Below are positions 59,103 through 64,000 of a stretch of DNA of 64,000 nucleotides, in pieces. The DNA is from an uncultured Candidatus Saccharibacteria bacterium. Its GTDB lineage: Bacteria > Patescibacteriota > Saccharimonadia > Saccharimonadales > SZUA-47. The first letter of the stretch is position 1; the number at the start of each line of letters is the position of its first letter. The stretch is taken from contig CAZHXX010000005.1 of the NCBI GenBank assembly GCA_964536485.1, forward strand, positions 42-64,041, written 5' to 3'. The notes beneath the pieces were generated by a model. The model was given only the letters and a program-made list of their open reading frames with translations. It had not been told where the DNA came from and did not search any database. A program made the translations under genes and the position numbers.

Positions 59103-60908
59103 ATGGTGGAAAACGCAAAACGCAGTTACCATCGCTTTCGAATGCGCCTAAGGCGTAAAGTGCGTAAACAGCGCCATCAGGTGGAAGATATTTCCGTGCA
59201 AGCAGACGACATGCTCGATAAGCATGTGTTTCGTCGTGTTGGCCACTTGAAGGGTGTAAGAAGATTTGTTTTTTCTTGGGTGCTACTAGTCTCATTCGTT
59301 GGACTTGGTGCAATATGGCAGGTGAAGAGCCTTGATTCTTTTTATCTTGAGCTTGTTCCTGCGAGTGGCGGAGTATACCGTGAGGGAATGATAGGGTCAT
59401 TTACGACCGCAAATCCTCTTTTTGCGGTTAACGATGTCGATAGCTCTGTCTCTCGCTTAGTTTTTTCTGGGCTTTTCAAGCTTTCGCCAGAGGGCACTCT
59501 TGAGCCAGATTTAGCAACGAGCTATGAAGCAAACACAGATGGCACCGTCTATACAGTTCATTTGAAAGACAATATACGATGGCAAGATGGTGCTCCTTTT
59601 ACCTCGAGCGATGTGTTGTTTACGTATGAACGTATAAAAAATCCAGAAGTTAAATCGCCGTTGTTTAACAGCTGGTCAGCAATTACCGCAGAAGCAAAGG
59701 ATGATTATACGGTTGTATTCACATTGCCTAATACGCTGAGCTCTTTTCCTTTTTCGATGACGAACGGAATTATCCCAAAGCACTTACTTGGTGACATCTC
59801 GCCAGTTGATTTGCGCAACGTACCTTTTAATAGCGTGAATCCGGTAGGGACTGGCTTGTTTCGGTTTAATAAGGTGGAGGTTCTCGGAGATTCTATCGTA
59901 GAGCGTCAAGAAAAAGTAACCTTAGAAAAAAATACGATGTATTACGGAAAAGTGCCAATGATTGATGGTATTACACTGCGCACCTTCAGAGATGAAGATT
60001 CTATGCTTGAGTCATTTAAGAAGCAGGAAATTTCCGCTATGGTTGGGCTAGAAACGCTCCGAGATGACGCACAGGATGACAACACCGTGCAAACCTTTAG
60101 TACGCCATTGTCTGGGCAGGTAATGCTCTTTTTGAAAAACTCGACACCAGCGCTTAGCGATGTTACTGTGCGCAAAGCTTTGCTTCGTGCGACAAATACT
60201 GAAGCACTTAGACAGAAAATCGGGTACAACTTAGTGAGCTCCGATTCGCCGTTTTTGAAGTCGCATTTTACTTATGACCCCACAAAGATTCAGCTACCGT
60301 TTGATAGCGCTGAGGCAGAACGGTTGCTCGACAGTACGGGGTGGGTGAAAAATATAAGTGGTATGCGTGAAAAAGATGGACAAAAATTGACGCTACGACT
60401 TGTTTCGCAAAGCATAAGTGAATATGCAACGGTAGCTCAGGAGTTACAGAAGCAGTGGGCAAGTGTCGGCGTGCAAGTCGAAGCAGTCCTGCAACCAGAA
60501 GAGGACGTTCAGACGGGGGCAATTATTCAGCATGACTATGATGTGTTGCTTTATGGCATTTCACTTGGACCAGACCCCGACGTTTTTGCGTTTTGGCACA
60601 GCTCACAGACGGATCCACGCTTGCGGTCGAGGCTTAATTTGTCGGAGTACACGAGTAAAGTAGCCGATTTATCGCTGGAGGCAGGAAGAACACGTACAAA
60701 TGCCGAGCTACGGAAGGTAAAATATGGGCCGTTTCTTGATGCTTGGACTGCTGATGTACCGGCTATAGCGCTGTATCAACCCCGTTTCTTATTTGTTGTT
60801 AGAGGGACGCTCGAAGGATACAGAAGTGGGCAGTTTACCAACGCTTCGGATAGGTTTTATTCAGTAGCAGACTGGCAAATCCGGCGTGAAAAAACAGTAA
60901 AATATTAA
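59103..60908 (+). CDS. ABC transporter substrate-binding protein, family 5 (oligopeptide/dipeptide-binding)
   Basis: N-terminal TM/signal anchor, SBP_bac_5-like blocks (LVPASGGVYREG, LEPDLATSYE, WQDGAPFTS.DV). Confidence 0.75.
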   Translation: MVENAKRSYHRFRMRLRRKVRKQRHQVEDISVQADDMLDKHVFRRVGHLKGVRRFVFSWVLLVSFVGLGAIWQVKSLDSFYLELVPASGGVYREGMIGSFTTANPLFAVNDVDSSVSRLVFSGLFKLSPEGTLEPDLATSYEANTDGTVYTVHLKDNIRWQDGAPFTSSDVLFTYERIKNPEVKSPLFNSWSAITAEAKDDYTVVFTLPNTLSSFPFSMTNGIIPKHLLGDISPVDLRNVPFNSVNPVGTGLFRFNKVEVLGDSIVERQEKVTLEKNTMYYGKVPMIDGITLRTFRDEDSMLESFKKQEISAMVGLETLRDDAQDDNTVQTFSTPLSGQVMLFLKNSTPALSDVTVRKALLRATNTEALRQKIGYNLVSSDSPFLKSHFTYDPTKIQLPFDSAEAERLLDSTGWVKNISGMREKDGQKLTLRLVSQSISEYATVAQELQKQWASVGVQVEAVLQPEEDVQTGAIIQHDYDVLLYGISLGPDPDVFAFWHSSQTDPRLRSRLNLSEYTSKVADLSLEAGRTRTNAELRKVKYGPFLDAWTADVPAIALYQPRFLFVVRGTLEGYRSGQFTNASDRFYSVADWQIRREKTVKY

Positions 60909-60950
60909 GAACTTTGCTTGGCCGAACGAAAGTGTTTGCACTTTGAGTGA

Positions 60951-61013
60951 GCAATTTTAGGCAAGTCAAGATTTGAACCTTTATAATAATGTGTACGCGG
61001 ATGTGGTGGAATG
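60951..61013 (+). repeat. direct repeat DR1: tRNA-Leu promoter-like region plus first 17 nt of tRNA-Leu (truncated copy)
   Basis: ~85% identical to 61213-61276; ends GCGGATGTGGTGGAATG then diverges (no tRNA body). Confidence 0.7.
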
Positions 61014-61212
61014 TGAGAAATGCCTGTGGCATTTCGCAAGGCAACCTTCACTAGCAAACTTGTTTTCAAAGATGAAGTTTCGGGTGAAATGAGCCTGTGG
61101 CTCGTTGCAAGGATTATTGTCTGATTTTATACTTGTATAAAGTAAGACAAAATCTGGGTCGCTAAAAGTGACCGCCAAAGGTGACAGACACGCGTGCTTG
61201 CGTTCAACGCAA

Positions 61213-61276
61213 GCAATTTTTAGACAAGTCAAGATTCGAACCTTTATACTTAAGTAGATGCGGATGTGGTGGAATG
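61213..61276 (+). repeat. direct repeat DR2 (authentic tRNA-Leu(CAG) upstream region and 5' end)
   Basis: Contains TAGACA-17-TTATAC promoter-like elements then tRNA start. Confidence 0.7.
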
Positions 61277-61343
61277 GTAGACACGCTGGCTTCAGGTGCC
61301 AGTGTCGCAAGACGTGAAGGTTCAAGTCCTTTCATCCGCACCA
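61260..61343 (+). tRNA. tRNA-Leu (CAG)
   Basis: Acceptor GCGGATG/CATCCGC, anticodon stem CTGGC/GCCAG loop TTCAGGT, long variable arm, T-arm GAAGG-TTCAAGT-CCTTT, A73, CCA. Confidence 0.8.
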
Positions 61344-61403
61344 ATCAAAGTGGAGCCTTGCAAAAGGCTCCTTTTTGATTGGTGATGGTGATAGATTTGA
61401 ACC
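61336..61403 (+). repeat. inverted repeat IR-L (tRNA 3' end CCGCACCA plus terminator hairpin plus ~30 nt)
   Basis: Reverse complement of 63290-63356, 1 indel in 67 nt. Confidence 0.85.
61352..61376 (+). terminator. rho-independent terminator after tRNA-Leu(CAG)
   Basis: GGAGCCTT-gcaa-AAGGCTCC followed by TTTTT. Confidence 0.75.
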
Positions 61404-61497
61404 CTTGGGTCGAGAAAGTTCAGTGAACTTTCGAGTTTTCCTTGCTTGACCACCCGAGATACGCTTGCGTTCTCGAGGGTGTGAAAAATAATATGTT

Positions 61498-61515
61498 GTC
61501 CTCTCGTCCGCACCA
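61498..61515 (+). pseudogene. orphan 3' fragment of tRNA-Leu (GTCCTCTCGTCCGCACCA)
   Basis: Identical to the 3' end of tRNA-Leu(GAG) at 63522-63607 but no tRNA body upstream. Confidence 0.6.
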
Positions 61516-61629
61516 ATCACTGCATCTGTGCACCTCACTCGTAAACGAACGGTAATGCTGAGAGAAATACGAAAATTATGTCCCATCCAAACTAGTTATG
61601 CTATGATTAAATCATTCTAACGATAAAGG

Positions 61630-63270
61630 TTGACAGTGAATAAAGTTGCACAGTATTTGCAGCAGCATTTGAATGGCGAAATCATAACGTCGCCAGATGC
61701 GCTTGAGTATTTTTCAACAGATGAAAGTATTTTGCGAATTACTCCGCAACTTGCTCTCTACCCACGCTCAGAAAATGACGTCCGTAAAGTAGCAAGATTT
61801 ACCTGGCAACTTGCAGAAAAAGGTCGAGCAGTCCCGATTACTGCACGCGGAATGGGAACAGATCAGACAGGCGCATCGCTTGGGACAGGAATTATTCTTG
61901 TAACACCAGCACACATGAACAGAATTATTGAACTCGATCCAAAAACTGGCGTTGTTACGGCTGAAGCGGGTATTACACTAGATAAATTGCAACAGGTGCT
62001 CTACACCCATGGACGTTTTTTGCCACCAGTATCAAGCGTGAACCAGACAGCTACTCTCGGTGGGGCAGTATCAAATGATGATAGTGGCAGAGGAAGTTAT
62101 AAGTATGGTCCAATGCAACGGTTTGTGCGTAGCCTGAGAGTTGTTTTGGCGAATGGGGAAGTGATTGATACGGGACGAATAAGCAAAAGAGAGCTGAGTA
62201 AAAAGCTTGGGTTGGCGTCGTTTGAGGGTGAGATATATCGTTCCCTTGATAAGCTCATAGAAGAGTCGCACAGTACGCTTTCGCAACTTGCAACAGTGAC
62301 TGACCATAGTGCCGCGGGATATAACATTTCTGACGTCAAGCAAAAAGACGGTTCGTTTGACCTGACACCGTTATTTGTTGGCGCACAAGGTACTTTGGGA
62401 GTAATTACTGAAGTTACGCTTGAAACTTTGCCATATAACCCGTCAAAAGATTTTCTCATTGCAGGATTTATAGACAGAGAAAGTGCTTGGACGTCGGTAC
62501 AAAAGCTGAACGATATGAAAGATGGTGCCACAGCCATAGATTTTGTCGATCAGACATTATTGCGAACGGTTGAAACACTTAACCCGGCGGTACTCAAACC
62601 ACTTGAGGGTGGTCGTCCTGCGGTACTTTTGTTCATTGATATTGATAACGATACAGCGCGAACACGTAAAAAAATTGTAAAACGGATACGTAAAACACTT
62701 GAGTCATCTGGGGCTGAGATTGTTGAGCCGGTAGAAACCGAGGAGCATGTATGGGAACGGCTTAGAGATGCGGCCTCTTTGCACCTTACCAATGTTTCTG
62801 GGAAGAAGCGAGCTATTCCTGTTCTTGATGATGCACAAGTACCACTAGATAAGATGATAGGATTCTTTAAAGAGCTTGAAGCACTTATGCAGACGGCAAT
62901 GATTGAAGAGTTTGCAGTTTGGGGTCAGGCAGGAACGGGCTTGGTGCATGTCGCTCCTCTTCTTGACCTTTCGGCAGTTGGTGACAGGCAAAAGCTGTTT
63001 AAGGTGATGGAAGCATATTACGGCTATATCTGCACCATCGGTGGTTCGATTAGCGGTGAGTATGCAGAAGGACGCCTGCGGGCAATATTTGCTCAAAAAC
63101 AATTTAGCGAGCAAGCACTTGCAGTATTTCGTTCGACCAAAGCTATATTTGATCCACAGCAGACTATGAATCCTGGCGTTAAAGTCGGAGTAAGTCTGGA
63201 ATCCTTAAAGCCGTTGCTCAGAGAAGAGTATGCACTTCAACATCAGTTTGTGCATTTACCTCGGGGCTAA
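61630..63270 (+). CDS. FAD-linked oxidase (PCMH-type FAD-binding domain; GlcD/D-lactate dehydrogenase family)
   Basis: TTG/GTG start; FAD-binding domain blocks (ITARGMGTDQTG, GG.VSNDDSGRGSYKYGPM), C-terminal FAD-oxidase domain. Confidence 0.8.
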   Translation: MTVNKVAQYLQQHLNGEIITSPDALEYFSTDESILRITPQLALYPRSENDVRKVARFTWQLAEKGRAVPITARGMGTDQTGASLGTGIILVTPAHMNRIIELDPKTGVVTAEAGITLDKLQQVLYTHGRFLPPVSSVNQTATLGGAVSNDDSGRGSYKYGPMQRFVRSLRVVLANGEVIDTGRISKRELSKKLGLASFEGEIYRSLDKLIEESHSTLSQLATVTDHSAAGYNISDVKQKDGSFDLTPLFVGAQGTLGVITEVTLETLPYNPSKDFLIAGFIDRESAWTSVQKLNDMKDGATAIDFVDQTLLRTVETLNPAVLKPLEGGRPAVLLFIDIDNDTARTRKKIVKRIRKTLESSGAEIVEPVETEEHVWERLRDAASLHLTNVSGKKRAIPVLDDAQVPLDKMIGFFKELEALMQTAMIEEFAVWGQAGTGLVHVAPLLDLSAVGDRQKLFKVMEAYYGYICTIGGSISGEYAEGRLRAIFAQKQFSEQALAVFRSTKAIFDPQQTMNPGVKVGVSLESLKPLLREEYALQHQFVHLPRG

Positions 63271-63289
63271 GCTTGTCTTTTCGCCTTTC

Positions 63290-63356
63290 GGTTCAAATCT
63301 ATCACCATCACCAATCAAAAGGAGCCTTTTGCAAGGCTCCACTTTGATTGGTGCGG
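63290..63356 (-). repeat. inverted repeat IR-R
   Basis: See IR-L; contains the same terminator hairpin, functional in minus orientation. Confidence 0.85.
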
Positions 63357-63440
63357 ACGAGAGGACTTGACTGGTTATCTCGCTCGAGTGTGCAAGCACA
63401 TCTCACTCACCGCTTCGCTCCATCTGACTCCTCAAACTGA
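63349..63440 (-). pseudogene. degenerate tRNA-Leu-like remnant (intact 3' end, decayed body)
   Basis: Minus-strand ...AGTCCTCTCGTCCGCACCA 3' end; upstream sequence cannot form acceptor/T-arm pairing (GCGGTGA vs required GCGGACG; T-loop GTCAAGT without stem). Confidence 0.5.
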
Positions 63441-63487
63441 CACTGGCAGTTTTCGCCTTTCGGTTCAAGTCCTGCAATCAGACCAAA

Positions 63488-63513
63488 TTAAAAAGCCCAG
63501 ATAAATCTGGACT
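63488..63513 (-). terminator. rho-independent terminator after tRNA-Val/tRNA-Leu array (minus strand)
   Basis: Minus-strand AGUCCAGAU-uu-AUCUGGGCU (one G-U) followed by UUUUAAU. Confidence 0.55.
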
Positions 63514-63521
63514 TCTTAATT

Positions 63522-63607
63522 TGGTGCGGACGAGAGGACTTGAACCTCCACAGGATCGCTCCCACTACCACCTCAAGGTAGCGTGTCTACCATTCCACCA
63601 CGTCCGC
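63522..63607 (-). tRNA. tRNA-Leu (GAG)
   Basis: Reverse complement folds: acceptor GCGGACG/CGTCCGC, anticodon stem CTACC/GGTAG loop TTGAGGT, long variable arm, T-arm GGAGG-TTCAAGT-CCTCT, A73, CCA. Confidence 0.8.
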
Positions 63608-63630
63608 GAAATAACTTTTTAAAATAAAAA

Positions 63631-63707
63631 TGGTGGGTTGTGAGGGATTCGAACCCCCGACCCCCTCGGTGTAAACGAGGTGCTCTAGCCAACTGAGCTA
63701 ACAACCC
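63631..63707 (-). tRNA. tRNA-Val (TAC)
   Basis: Reverse complement: acceptor GGGTTGT/ACAACCC, D-arm GCTC-AGTTGGCTA-GAGC, anticodon stem CCTCG/CGAGG loop TTTACAC, T-arm GGGGG-TTCGAAT-CCCTC, CCA. Confidence 0.85.
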
Positions 63708-63805
63708 AAGTTACTGAATTCTACTATTTTTTATTGATAAATTCAATACACTTCTCACTGATAGCGGTGCTATACTTATTGAGTAAGACGAATAAAGGAG
63801 TAGAA

Positions 63806-64000
63806 ATGATAATTGCATTAGTAGTACTAGGCCTTCTTGCGCTTGTACTTGTTGTTATGTATAACGGGTTAGTTAACACAAAGGTTCGTGTCGACGAAGC
63901 ATGGAGCGACATAACCGTTCAGTTGAAGCGCCGTGTTGACCTGATCCCAAATCTTGTAGAGACAGTTAAAGGGTATGCAAAGCACGAAAAGGGGGTATTT
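63806..64000 (+). CDS. lemA: LemA family protein (5' partial, runs off window)
   Basis: SD AAAGGAG; N-terminal TM then [43 protein letters not shown], the LemA signature. Confidence 0.6.
   Translation, partial: MIIALVVLGLLALVLVVMYNGLVNTKVRVDEAWSDITVQLKRRVDLIPNLVETVKGYAKHEKGVF

Noticed and set aside
60981-61586. Minus-strand ORFs of 64-114 aa across the tRNA-Leu and repeat region
   Set aside because: They overlap tRNA genes, terminators and repeats and have no coding features. Spurious.
63349-63440. A fourth intact tRNA-Leu on the minus strand
   Set aside because: Only the 3' 19 nt match. The acceptor 5' strand and T-arm cannot pair, so it is treated as a decayed remnant.

Overview
This 64-kb window is a compact chromosomal segment with mostly plus-strand genes, moderate GC, and frequent GTG/TTG starts. 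The gene content suggests a small-genome, monoderm-like bacterium, possibly a CPR/Saccharibacteria-type lineage; that placement is inference only. The evidence is short-form MetRS, AlaRS lacking the C-terminal C-Ala domain, CapA, a LysM-CHAP hydrolase and Gram-positive-style surface proteins.

Recognisable housekeeping genes: metG, tatD, a cysteine desulfurase, mnmA, alaS, an ftsA-like gene, ruvX, mltG, obg, a class II CPD photolyase, signal peptidase I, sbcB, uvrA, uvrC, L25/Ctc, an ABC exporter, trhO, an M24 peptidase, secG and a peptide-binding SBP.

Three things deserve a second look:
- An F-type ATP synthase operon (b, delta, alpha, gamma, beta, epsilon) has no a-subunit gene nearby. It is preceded by an odd protein whose C-terminal hairpin resembles a c-subunit but lacks the ion-binding carboxylate.
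- A roughly 7-kb locus at 20.7-27.6 kb encodes four paralogous secreted Cys-pair proteins, two of them a 1.19-kb near-identical tandem duplication. These are followed by a CscA-like (DUF916/DUF3324-like) C-terminally anchored protein and a PKD-domain anchored protein. I read this as a candidate WxL/Csc-like cell-surface complex not described for this kind of genome.
- A rearranged tRNA-Leu locus at 60.9-63.7 kb carries a 63-nt direct repeat (promoter plus the first 17 nt of the tRNA), 67-nt near-perfect inverted repeats (terminator module plus tRNA 3' end) flanking an FAD-linked oxidase gene, and orphan or degenerate tRNA-Leu fragments.

Five tRNAs were found by hand folding: Cys, Leu(TAA), Leu(CAG), Leu(GAG) and Val(TAC). 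No rRNA, CRISPR array, transposase or integrase was recognised. Coordinates of features read by hand from the sequence (tRNAs, hairpins, repeats, promoters) may be off by 1-2 nt.
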